NCBI GenBank assembly: GCA_028826165.1 | Contig: JAPDFW010000077.1 | Coordinates: 1-64,000, forward strand | Direction: 5' to 3' | DNA length: 64,000 bases | Source: Anaeramoeba ignava BMAN | Lineage: Eukaryota; Protista; Anaeramoebae | In this document: piece after piece, positions 48,109 through 61,100 of the stretch | How positions within the stretch are numbered: position 1 is the stretch's first letter | Layout of the letters: every line of letters starts with the position of its first letter | Program-made: the position numbers and the translations under genes | The notes under the pieces: model-generated | What the model was told of the DNA's origin: nothing | The model's input: only the letters and a program-made list of their open reading frames with translations | Database searches by the model: none

Positions 48109-51100
48109 TTAATTTTTTCTTTTTTCTTTTGTCTTTTTTCGAGAAATATTTTTGCGATTTGATCCAACAGAAAATTTATGAGGAATTGAAAGAAAAAATT
48201 GGAAAACTCCCTTTCGAAAGTTATTCTTATAATTTTTTGATGAATTAATTTTTTTCTTTTTGAATATTTTGGAAGGAATGGATCGTAAACCAGAAATTTT
48301 CTCACTTAAATCTTGCTTGAAATAATCAACAATGCCAACAACTAATTCATGATTGATTTCGTCGACTCCAACAAGCAATAAATAATCCAAAATCCCCATT
48401 CTTGAAAGAAAAAGAGTATCATTTGCAACATGAATTACTAGTTTACTTTTGGAAACCTCATCACAAAAAAAGGGTGTTCCAAAAATGGAATTTTTCGCAT
48501 CTTTTATTCCCAAATGAGTCCATATTTGATTTGACATTTTACTCAATTCATCATCTGATTGATTTGCATTTTCTACATCTTGCAAATCATAAAAATAAAT
48601 ATCATTTCTTTGTTTTTCTTTTTCTTTTTCTTTTTCATTTTCATTTTCATTTTCTTTTCTTTCAATTAGATCAAAATTCAAATGATAAATTTTCGAAATG
48701 ATTCTTCCATTAAAAATATTTTCCATAATGAGTAAATCATGTGATTTCGCTTGATTTCCTTGAATCAAAGTGACACGGAACAACCCAAGTACTTGAACCA
48801 TAATTGTGGGAAGTTCTTCATATATTTTTTTTTCCATGTATTGGAAATAGTTCTTTTCCATTTGAGTAAATGATAAAAATTGAGATCGATTAATCTTCTT
48901 AATCATAAATCTTCCATCAAGAGTAATGGATATTTTTGATCCATAACCGATATTGAAATTTTCATTTTCATTTTCATTTTGATTCTGATTTTGATTCGGA
49001 TATTTGATTTTTCGACTTCTTGATATTGATTGGATAAAATCTGAAAAAGTTATTCCCATTCGAGAAAAATAAATTTTCCTTAAAGCTTCAAATTGCTTTG
49101 CGTAAAAAATAATGCAATCAACTTTCAAACCAGCTTTGCTATCATAACTTGTGATTGTGAGTGAAGAATGATCTTGAGAAGTGAAAAATTCTCTCAAAAG
49201 ATTAATTTCACGCTCTTTGTGGATTGCCGCGAAAAGTTTTCCAGATTCCTTTAAAAATTTCCGATAATCGATTGAATTCAAAGAATGGGAAACAATAGAA
49301 ATTGGTTCAGATGGATAAAGGAAAATGATTCTATTTTTGATTCCTGATGATATGCTGAAATGAGCTCTTGATTCTTCGTAAAGAAGTGTGTTCAAATCTG
49401 GTAAATCCTCTTCTGGGTTATCAAAGAATATTTTTGGCAATAATTTTTGAATATCCTCATTTTGTTTTTCAGTAAATTTGTTTTGGAACTCAAATTCCTG
49501 ATTATTCACAAATTTTACTTGTGGCGATGAATATCTCTCGTTATCTGATGAATCTGATTCAATATCACTTTGGTATTGATATTCTGTGTAGAAGTAATTT
49601 CTTTCTTGAATCATGTCATATAGATTTATGCTTTCATTTTCATTCTCTTTTTCATTTTCTTTCTCATTTTCATTTTCTTCAAAATTTTCATTTTCATTTT
49701 CATTTTCATTTATATTTAAATTTAAATCTTCATCATTAATTTGATCAGAATCGTTTTTCATTCTTTTTGAATCCATTTTCAAAAATTTCTTGATATATTT
49801 GAAAAATTCAGTCCATTTGATAATAATTTTAAACAAATTGAGTTTAGATTGATTAATACGGAATGTATTTAAATTATAATTTTGTAATTGCTTCTCAAAC
49901 ATTGCCTTTTCTTGATTTAATAAAGCAAATTGATTAGAGAATTCAGAAGAGATTTTTTTGTGTTGTTCATTTTGCTCCTTTGGGAATTGAAATTTTGCCT
50001 TTTTGCGTAAACTATCAAAAATTAAATGATATTTCTCGAGTTTGTTTGTGATGTATAAAAATGTATTTTGAACCATAATATAAAGTAACGAATTTGCGAA
50101 TCTGCGGACATTTTCCACTAATTCTTGTGTGTAATTTAACTTTCTATTAAATGATCCACAAATAATATCAAAAAGTCGAATTTTCTCGTGTTTAAAACAA
50201 GCAACCATTCCTTTGAAAGCAAAAAATTTAATAAGGGAATTATTGATTGAATGAGAGCAACTATTCAAAGTAATATCATTTTGTATGTGGAGGTTATTTT
50301 CATAGAACGTTACTTCGAGAAACTTTCCAAATGAATACATCATACTATTTCCTGATAATATATTTGGTTCTGTTGATTTTTTGCAAATCGGACAATATGT
50401 CCACACTTGAATTCTGTTATTGGAGTTTTTCATCAATGATTCTATATCGTGTTTTTGCACAAATATCCATATGTAGTCTTGGTTATGAAAAATTGTTTGG
50501 GAATAACCGCGTAATATTTTTTTTGGATCTTCTTCCTCAATATTTTCACTTATTACATCACTTTGTGAATTTTCATCAGAAATTATTGAAGAATCCCTTC
50601 TTCTTCTTCTTTGTGGAAAAAATTGGTTTAATCCCAAATCATGCAATTCTGAAAAGCATTCATTTTCCAAAAATTGTCCCAATGTGAGATCTGTTCTTTT
50701 ATAATAGTGGATCATTTTCTTCTTTAAAATTGCTCTTTCAATTACTTCTTTATTGCCGATAGTAAAATGACTTCTCCAGTTTGTGGAGAGAATAATAATA
50801 TTTAAATGCTGCAAAATATCTCTTCTTGATTTATCAATGATATCAATTTTTTTCAGCGAAATGGAAGGATTAAGATTGAATTCCATTCTCGGGTCTTCAG
50901 AATCTGTTTCTGTATTTTCTGTATTTTCTGTATTTTCTGTATTTTCTGTATTTTCTGTATATTCTGTATATTCTGTGTTTTCTGTATTTTCTGTGTTTTC
51001 TGTATTTTCTGTATTTTCTGTATTTTCTATATTTTCTATATTTTCTTTATTTTCTTTATTTTCTGTATTTTCTAAATTCATAAGCTCCAAACTTTGGATT

Positions 51101-53417
51101 TTCCCAACATCCTTTAAATTATTTCGTTGTAAAACCCCTTTTATTCTCTTTGCAAGAAAATTGAGTTTCGATATTTTTGGATGATTCGGGTTCTTTTTTT
51201 GTTTTTCACCCATGGATTCTTTAAATAATAACTTTTGTGTTTCATCTTCTGATTGCATTTCAAATTCAATTCTTTTCTTCATTACTGTTTGAGAAAGAAA
51301 ATCAATATATGGAGAAATGGATAATATTCTCTGCATTGAATTTGCAGGAATTTTGTCCAAAAGATTATGATGAAATGTGCCGCGCAAATCAAAGTAAAAT
51401 TGGGATTCTAAAAAGGCATTTCGATAAATAAAAACGGTGAACTTAATAATTTCCTTGATTTTGCTTAATTTTTCATTTGTTTCCCCACGTAGTATGATTG
51501 AACATGATGGTTTTTTGAGATTGATGTTGCGAACGCAAACAATATTTTTGATAATTGGTTGATGTGACAAAATTGTGGTTTTTTTGATTAAATTATTCGA
51601 ATTTTTCGAGTGATCAAAGAAAATGGGTTTGTAATAAGCTTCGTGAGGAAACGAATATATCAAAAACTCCTGGCAAGTGCCAATTTGATCATCCTCCAAA
51701 TCATCAGAGAGCAAATCAACTATGACTGTGTTTGTCAACTCTGATATTTTCAGTAAATTTTTATATTTCACATTCACAATAACCGAGATGTTATTGTTTA
51801 ATAGTTTGCTCATAATATTTCCTGATACATATTTCTCCACAAAAACAACATCTGGTTTCAACTCAATGATTTGCGATACAATATCTTTTGAAAATTTCTT
51901 TTCATTTGCCAAAATTGAGCGAACCGAAAAAATGCAAATTTTGTTTTGGTTTGCTAATTCAGAATTCAGACTAATTTTTTCGGGGTTTTTTGAGTTATGG
52001 CAATAATCAAGAAATCCTTTAAACAAGAGAATTTTCGGATTTGCAATGAATGTCCTCATGCTTTTGTTGGCAACAGTTGTTGAGAAGATGATTCCGTTGA
52101 TAATTTCAGAATTATTTGGATCAGAGCCTTGTATTCTTTTGATTTGGAGATGCTCTTTGATTCCAAAATTCAAATCAATATTTGGCTTGTAATCTTCCAC
52201 ATTTTTTTTATGCATCTCCAAATAAATATCATTCAAATATTTCCGGATAATTGAGTTTATTTCTTGGGAAATGAGTGATATTGGCTGATTCCATTTCTCC
52301 GCATTTATTCCTTTGTTTTCAAGTAGTTCGCCAATGATTTTCTTGATATGCACATCTTCGTGCTTGGAAAGAGTTAAAATATGTCTTTTCAGTGATTCAA
52401 TTATATCTCTCCCTTGTATTTTCTGGAATTCTTGAAGCGACGATTCAAATTCGCTTGAAAGATAATTTTGAATTTCGTTGAATGAAGGCATTCTAATATT
52501 ATCTACAATAAAAATGGTATTTATCATTTAAGTATTATATATAAATATATAAATAAATATATATTTGTTTTTTTTTTGAGATTTTTTTTACAAATATTAG
52601 TGTTGTTTTGAGCAGAAAAATCCAAAAACGAAGCATTTGATTTTGCGTTGATTTCTTTTTTTTCAGATAATTCATTATCATTATCACTATTTATGATTAA
52701 TTCCTCTTTAAATTTCATTTCATTTGATTTATCAAGAAGCATTTGATTTATTGTTCTTCTTTTCACAACCAGAAGGTTTCGGTTTGTATTGTCATTACTA
52801 TTCTCAAGCTTCGGGTATCCCAAATCAAAAAATTGGGAATCAACCCCGACATATTGATCCAAAACTTCCTGTTGTTTTAATCCAAATTTAGAATCATTTC
52901 CAAAATGAGAATTGATGATTTGATTCTGTTGAATTGACTTATCCAAATTTTGATTTGATTCATTTGCATATTTTTCAATTTGATTCGCACATTTAATACA
53001 AGCACAAATTTCTGATTCAAACCCGAAAAATTTGGGTACAATAAACTTAATACATTGAGAACAATAAAAATCATCGCAAATACTGCAGAAATGCTTTTTA
53101 TTAAAAATTTCAAATTTCCTTCCACAAATTTTGCATTCTGAACTATTTTCTGCGCGATATAAATTTGGTGCTAGATTTTCTCTTGGAAAAGAAGAAGTAA
53201 AATCAATTCGATGTTTAATATTATCCATATCAAAATTATTTTCATTTTTGGAATCATTATATGAAGGCAAATTTACTAAAGAATTTTGTAAATAAGGAAT
53301 ATCCATTGAAAAATCAAAATCTGAATTGAAATGTTGTCTTGGTTTTTCATTTTTCTTTCTTAAAAGTTTCACAAGTTCTGTTAAATGATGTTGATGATGT
53401 TTTTTACTTTTTGACAT
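48109..53417 (-). CDS. Fab1/PIKfyve-like protein (FYVE, CCT/chaperonin-like, CCR, PIPK domain), degenerate motifs; 2 exons
   Basis: ATG at 53417 (MSKSKKHH); intron 52591-52503 (GTAAAA...TGTAG) is in phase. FYVE Cys pattern; IKRIQG...INGIIF...NKSMRTFIANPKILL; YSFGKFLE; NDTLFL...LLVGVDE...ELVVGIVDY. Confidence 0.88.
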
Positions 53418-53557
53418 AAAAATTAAAAATAAAAATAAAAATAAAAATGAAAAATGATTTTTATTTGAAAAGAGAAAAAAATTAAATATTTTCAAACAAG
53501 AATTAATCCAGAATACAAACTTAAATTTCAATTTGAATTTGAATTTGATTTTTATTT

Positions 53558-56500
53558 TCAATTTGAATTTTGAATTTGATTTTGATTTTGAATTTGATTT
53601 TGATTTTGATTTTGGATTTGATTTTGATTTTGATTTTGATTTTGATTTTGAATTTGAATTTGATTTTGATTTTGATTTTGAATTTGAATTTGAATTTGAA
53701 TTTGAATTTGAATTTGAATTTGAATTTGATTTTGAATTTGAATTTGAATTTGAATTTGAATTTGAATTTGATTTTGAATTTGAATTTGAATTTGAATTTG
53801 AATTTGAATTTGATATTGAATTTGAATTTGAATTTGATTTTGATTTTGATTTTGATTTTGATTTTGATTTTGATTTTGATTTTGATTTTGATTTTGAATT
53901 TGAATTTGAATTTGAATTTGAATTTGAATTTGAATTTGAATTTGAATTTGAATTTGAATTTGAATTTGAATTTGATTTTGAATTTGAATTTGAATTTGAT
54001 TTTGATTTTGAATTTGATATTGATTTTGATTTTGAATTTGAATTTGATTTTGATATTGATATTGATTTTGATTTTGATTTTGAATTTGATATTGATATTG
54101 ATATTGATTTTGAATTTGATTTTGATATTGATTCTGATTTTGATTTTGAATTTGAATTTGATTTTGAATTTGATATTGATATTGATATTGATTTTGATTT
54201 TGAATTTGATTTTGATTTTGAATTTGATTTTGATTCTGAATTTGATTTTGATTTTGATTTTGATTTTGAATTTGATTTTGATATTGATTCTGATTTTGAT
54301 ATTGATATTGATATTGATTTTGATTTTGATTTTGAATTTGAATTTGATTTTGATTTTGATTTTGAATTTGATTTTGATTTTGATTTTGATTTTGATTTTG
54401 ATATTGATTTTGAATTTGATTTTGATTTTGATTTTGATATTGATTTTGATTTTGATTTTGAATTTGATTTTGATTTTGATTTTGATTCTAATTCTGATTC
54501 TGATTCTGATTCTGATTTTGATTTTGATTTTGATTCTGATTCTGATTCTGATTTTGATTTTGATTTTGATTCTGATTTTGATTTTGATTTTGATTCTGAT
54601 TTTGATTTTGATTCTGATTTTGATTTTGATTCTGATTCTGATTCTGATTCTGATTTTGATTCTGATTTTGATTTTGAATTTGATTTTGATTCTGATTCTG
54701 ATTCTGATTTTGATTCTAATTCTAATTCTGATTCTGATTTTGATTTTGATTCTGATTCTGATTCTGATTTTGATTTTGATTCTAATTCTAATTCTGATTC
54801 TGATTCTGATTCTGATTTTGATTCTAATTCTAATTCTGATTCTGATTCTGATTCTGATTCTGATTCTGATTTTGATTTTGATTTTGATTTTGATTCTGAT
54901 TTTGATTTTGATTCTGATTCTGATTTTGATTTTGATTTTTGTTTTGATTTTGATTTTGATTCTGATTTTGATTTTTGTTTTGATTTTTTTTCATTTTCTT
55001 TCCATTTTACTTTTTGATATTGATTTTGAATTTGATTTTGATTTTGATTTTGATATTGATATTGATTTTGAATTTGATATTGATTTTGATTTTGATTTTG
55101 AATTTGATTTTGATTTTGGTTTTGAATTTGAATTTGTGATATTTGTTGAATTGTGTCTTGCATTTGATTTGGAAATGAATTTTGATATTGATTTTGATAT
55201 TGATTTGAAAATTGATTTTGATATTGATTTTGATATTGATTTTGATATTTATTTTGATATTTATTTTGATATTGATTTTGATATTGATTTGAAAATTGAT
55301 TTGAAAATTGATTTTGAAATTGATTTGAAAATTGATTTTGATATTGATTTTGATTTTGATTTTGATTTGGAAATTGATTTTGATATTGATTTTGATATTG
55401 ATTTGGAAATTGATTTGAAAATTGATTTGAAAATTGATTTGGAAATTGATTTTGAAATTGATTTGAATATTCATTTGCATATTCATTTGAAAATTGATTT
55501 GGATATTCATTTGAAAATTGATTTGGATATTCATTTGAAAATTGATTTGGATATTCATTTTCATATTCATTTTCATATTCATTTTCATATTGATTTGGAT
55601 AGCTATTGATAGCTTGGAGTGGATATTTAAATTGATTTTGGATTTTATTTTGAATTTTGGTTTGAGATATTTGTGAAATTTTATTTTCCATTTGAATTGG
55701 AGTTGGAGTTGGAGTTGGAGTTGGAGTTTTTTGTGTAAAATAACTTGGAAATGAATTTTCATTTTCAATTTCATTTTCAGTTTCATTTTCAATTTCATTT
55801 TCAGTTTCATTTTCAGTTTCAGTTTGAATTTCAATTCCAATTTTCTCATTTTGTTTTTCAGATTTGTTTTTCATTTGATTTTCCTGATTTAAATATTTGA
55901 ATTTATTTTTATTTTGGGATTGATTCAGAGTGATGTCGAAACTTGAAGATGGTTGTGAAGATTGTAGCTGATTTGGTATTTTGCTAACAGATGGAGATGT
56001 AATTTGAAAGGAATTTCTAGATCCTTCTCCAAAATGAATCAAAGCAAAAGGTCTAAGTAATTCAACATCAGGAACAATATAATATTGGTTATCTTTTTGA
56101 TAAATATATTTTCCTTCAATAAAACAAACTTGAGTTAAAAACATTTGATTAGTATTATCACAATAACTAACAGAAATATTAGGATTTCTTGCAAAATAAG
56201 TTCCTCTTCCAAAAACGTTATTAATTTGATGATTAGCATCAAATCCTGATTTACAAATAGAATCAACTGCATTTTGTTTTGTTCCATGAAATCCCCATAA
56301 AATTCCAAGAAATTTTGTTAATTTACTGTTTTTTTGCTCAATATATTTAAATCTTGTTTCCAAAAAATGATTTTCAATGATATTGATACTTTGGATTTTT
56401 GGAGGTGATTGTTTTTCACTTTGAACTATCCAAATATTTTCAATCATAAATTTCTCTGATTCTGTTGGATTTCTTAATGTATAATTTTGAGGAATTGATT

Positions 56501-57836
56501 TATAATTATCATATTTTCTTGAATCTTCCAAAGAAATTCTACTTTTATTTTTTTGACTACATCTGTGTTGATATTTACAGTTTAAATTATTACAATTTCC
56601 ATTTTGTTCAAATTCTTTGCAATTTACTCTTTCAGATATTCTTATTGGAGATTTAAACCAAAATTTTGAAAAATCCATTTTGTTTTGGTTTTGATTTTGA
56701 TTTAGATTTAGATTTTGAATTTTATAATAATCATCAATCGAATCAAAAGTAAGTTGAATATTTTCATGTTCTAATTTTGATAAATAAGATGAATTTAAAG
56801 GATTTGGATGTTGATATTTGCAATTTGCATCTGTACATCCTTCTGCAGTATAAAGATTTGGGCAAATAATAAATTCAATAGGATGAATTTTGTCACAAGT
56901 TTTGAAACAAAATCCTTTATTAAAAAAATCCCAACATAATCCATTTTGATTACAAAATTCTTCTGTTGTTATTGGTGGATAAATAATATTTTCTGTAATA
57001 TTTGCTATTGGTTTTTGTATTATTGCTTTTTTCATTCTCATATCAATTCGATCAAAATATTCTTTTTCAATAATTACTATTTTGATTTTATTTGAATAAA
57101 AAAGATGAATTAAATTAAAAAAATATTATTCAAATTTTTTCTTTTTTATATTACGAATTTTTGGATTTGGATTTAAAAATTGATTTGGATTTGGATATTG
57201 ATATTGATTTGAAAATTGATTTTGATTTTGATATTGATATTGATTTAAAAATTGATTTGGATTTGGATATTGATATTGATTTAAAAATTGATTTTGATAT
57301 TGATATTGATATTGATACTGATTTAAAAATTGATTTGGATTTGGATATTGATTTGGATATTGATTTGAATCTGAATCTGAATCTGAATCTGAATATGATC
57401 TTGAATTTGAATTTGATTTTGAAGTTGAAGTTGAAGTTGAAGTTGAAGTTGAATTTGATTTTGAAGTTGATGTGGAAAGAGAAGTTCTTTTTGCTTTTGT
57501 TTTTGCTTTTGGTTTTGGTTTTGATTTTGTTTTTGGTTCGTTTTCTGAATCTGTTTCTGAATCTGTTTCTGAATCTAATTGGGAATCTGTTTCTAATTGG
57601 GAATTTGAATTTGAATTTGAATTTGAATTTGAATTTGAATTTGAATTTTTTTGATCGGATGAAACTTGGATTTTGTTGTAATTTAATGTAGTTTCTTGAA
57701 TTGCTTCTAATTCTGAATCTGTTGATGTTTCTTTTTTTTTCAAATTTTTTAATTTTGTTTTGAACTTTTTATTTTTATTTTTATTTTTGTTTTTATTTTT
57801 ATTTTTATTTTTAGATTTGTTGTAATTAAAATCCAT
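53558..57836 (-). CDS. CCCH zinc-finger (x3) ADP-ribosyltransferase (PARP12/ZAP-like architecture), copy A, with Q/N/Y/F-rich and (SK/SE/SN)n C-terminal tail; 3' end approximate
   Basis: Exon 1 57836-57155; intron 57154-57077 (GTAATA...AATAG) is in phase. Fingers CWDF..GFC..TC..H, CP..GC...C.YQH and C.EF..GNC...C.YQH; catalytic WGFHGT...FGRGTYFARN...QYYIVP...RPFALIHF. Confidence 0.82.
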
Positions 57837-58123
57837 TTTATTTAAATTAAATAAAAAAGAATAATAAAAAAGAGGAAAAAAAAAATAAAAAAAAAATGAA
57901 AAAAATGAAAAATAAAAAAGTGGAATAAAAAAAAAATGAAAATAAAAATGAAAATTATTTTAATTGAAATTGAAATTTATTTTCCAAATCAAATTCAAAT
58001 TCAAAATTAAAAGAATTCTTTTCTTTTTTTTATTCCAAATTTGAAAATGGAAAATTAAAATTAAAAAATTATCAATTAAAATCAAATGTTTTTCTTTAAT
58101 TTGAATTTGATTTTGATTTTAAA

Positions 58124-61100
58124 TTATTTTTTGTTTTTTCTTTCAAATTTAATCAAAGCAAAAGGTCTAAGTAATTCAATATCAGGAACAATATAAAATT
58201 GATGTTTTTTTTGATAAATATATTTTCCTTCAATAAAACAAACTTGAGTTAGAAACATTTGATTAGAATCATCACAATACCAAACAGAAACATTTGGATT
58301 TCTTGCAAAATAAGTTCCTTTTCCATGAACATTAACAATTTGATGATTAGCATCAAATCCTGATTTACAAATAGGATCAACTGCATCTTGTTTTGTTCCA
58401 TGAAATCCCCATAAAATTCCAAGAAATTGTTTTGATTCTTTGTTTATTTGATGAATATATTTAAATCTTGTTTCCAAAAATTCATTTTCAATAATTTCAA
58501 TACTTTTGATACTTTTAATTTTTGATTCTTCCTTTTCAAGTTGAGCTTGGATAATATTTTCAATCATAAATTTCTCTGATTCTGTTGGATTTCTTAATGT
58601 ATAATTTTGAGGAATTGATTTATAATTATCATATTTTCCTTTATCATCCAAAAAAAGTATATTTTTTTGACCACATCTGTGTTGATATTTACAGTTTAAA
58701 TTATTACAAATTCCATTTTTTTCAAATTCTTCACAATTTGTTCTTTCAGTTGTTCTAAATGGAGATTTAAACCAAAATTTTGAATGACTTATTTTATTTT
58801 GATTTTTATCTTGATTTTCATTTTGATTTTCATTTTGATTTTTCTTTTGATTTTTCTTTTGATTTTTCTTTTGATTTTTCTTTTGATTTTTCTTTTGATT
58901 TTGAATTTGATTTTTATCATAATCATCAACTGAATCAAAGGTAATTTGTAAATTTTCATGTTCTATTTTGGATAAATGATATGAATTTAAAGGATTTGGG
59001 TGTTGATATTTGCAATTTGGATTTGTACATCCTGTCTGAGTATCAAGATATTTGCATCTAAGGAATTGATGAGGATGTCTTTTTTTACAAGTTTTAAAAC
59101 AAAATCCTTTATTAAAAAAATGCCAACATAATCCATTTTGATTACAAAATTCTTCTGTTATTATTGATGGATAAATAATATTTTCTGTAGTATTTACTAT
59201 TGGTTTTTTTATTATTGCTTTTTTCATTCCCATATCACTTCGATCAAAATATTCTTTTTCAACCATTGCTATTTTGATTTTATTTGAATAAAAAAGATGA
59301 ATTAAATTAGAAAAATATATTATTCAAATTTTTTCTTTTTTATGTTACTAATTTTTGGATTTGGATTTGAAAATTGATTTGAATTTGGATATTGATACCC
59401 ATATTGATATTCATTTTGAAAATTTGATATGTCAGGCTCTGAATTTGAAGATGATGTTGATCTTGATCTTGATGATGTTGATCTTGATCTTGATGATGTT
59501 GATCTTGATCTTGATGATGTTGATCTTGATCTTGATGATGTTGATGATGTTGATCTTGATCTTGATGATGTTGATGATGTTGATGATGTTGATGATGTTG
59601 ATTTTGATTTTGGTTTTAATTTTGATTTTGATTTTGATTTTGGTTTTGGTTTTGATTTTGATTTTGATTTTGATTTTGATTTTGGTTTTGATTTTGATTT
59701 TGATTTTGATTTTGAAATTGATTTTGATTTTGGTTTTGATTTTGGTTTTGGTTTTGATTTTGGTTCTACTTTTGGTTTTGATTTTGGTTTTGATTTTGGT
59801 TTTGATTTTGGTTTTGGTTTTGGTTTTGATTTTGGTTTTGATTTTGGTTTTGATTTTGGTTTTGATTTTGGTTTTGATTTTGGTTTTGATTTTGGTTTTG
59901 ATTTTGGTTTTGATTTTGGTTTTGATTTTGGTTTTGGTTTTAGTTCTACTTTTTCTTTTTCTTTTGATTTTGGTTTTGATTTTGATTTTGATTTTGATTT
60001 TGATTTTGATTTTGATTTTGGTTTTGATTTTGATTTTGGTTTTGATTTTGGTTTTGATTTTGATTTTAGTTCTACTTTTTCTTTTTCTTTTGGTTTTGGT
60101 TTTGAAGTTGATTTTGGTTTTGATTTTGGTTTTGATTTTGATTTTGGTTTTAGTTCTACTTTTGGTTTTGAATTTGGTTTTGATTTTAGTTCTATTTTTT
60201 CTTTTTCTTTTGGTTTTGGTTTTGATTTTGATTTTGATTTTGATTTTGATTTTGGTTCTACTTTTGGTTTTGGTTTTGGTTTTGATTTTGGTTTTGGTTT
60301 TGATTTTGGTTCTACTTTTTCTTTTGGTTTTGATTTTGATTTTGATTTTGGTTTTGATTTTGATTTTGATTTTAATTTTGATTTTGATTTTGATTTTGAT
60401 TTTGAAGTTGATTTTGATTTTGATTTTGAATTTGAATTTGAATTTGGTTTTGATTTTGATTTTGATTTTGAATTTGATTTTGATTTTGATTTTGATTTTG
60501 ATTTTGATTTTGATTTTGATTTTGATTCTGATTCTGATTTTGAATTTGATTCTGATTTTGATTTTGAATTAGATTTTGATATTGATATTGATTTTGATTT
60601 TGAAATTGATTTTGATTTTGAAATTGATTTTGATTTTGATTTTGATTTTGATTTTGATTTTGATTTTGAAATTGAAATTGAAATTGATTTTGATTTTGAT
60701 TTTGATTTTGATTTTGATTTTGATTTTGATTTTGATTTTGATTTTGATTTTGATTTTGATTTTGATTTTGATTTTGAAGTTGTTTTGGATTTTGATTTTG
60801 AAATTGATTTTGATTTTGATTTCGATTTTGATTTTGAAATTGATTTTGATTTTGATTTTGAAATTGATTTTGATTTTGATTTTGATTTTGAAATTGAAAT
60901 TGATTTTGATTTTGATTTTGAAGTTGATTTTGATTTCGATTTTGAATTTGAAATTGATTTTGATTTTGATTTTGAATTTGATTTTGATTTTGATTTTGAT
61001 TTTGATTTTGATTTTGATTTTGATTTTGATTTTGATTTTGATTTTGATTTTGATTTTGATTTTGAAATTGATTTTGATTTTGATTTTGAAATTGATTTTG

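Noticed and set aside
52524-57041. Apparent 1505-aa PARP-FYVE fusion ORF
   Set aside because: The linker (KFKLKIK...FLFLFLIF) is typical intergenic sequence containing the TTTTCATTTT element before MSKSKK. A one-base change near 53565 gives a stop. The FYVE exon splices to Fab1, so these are two genes.
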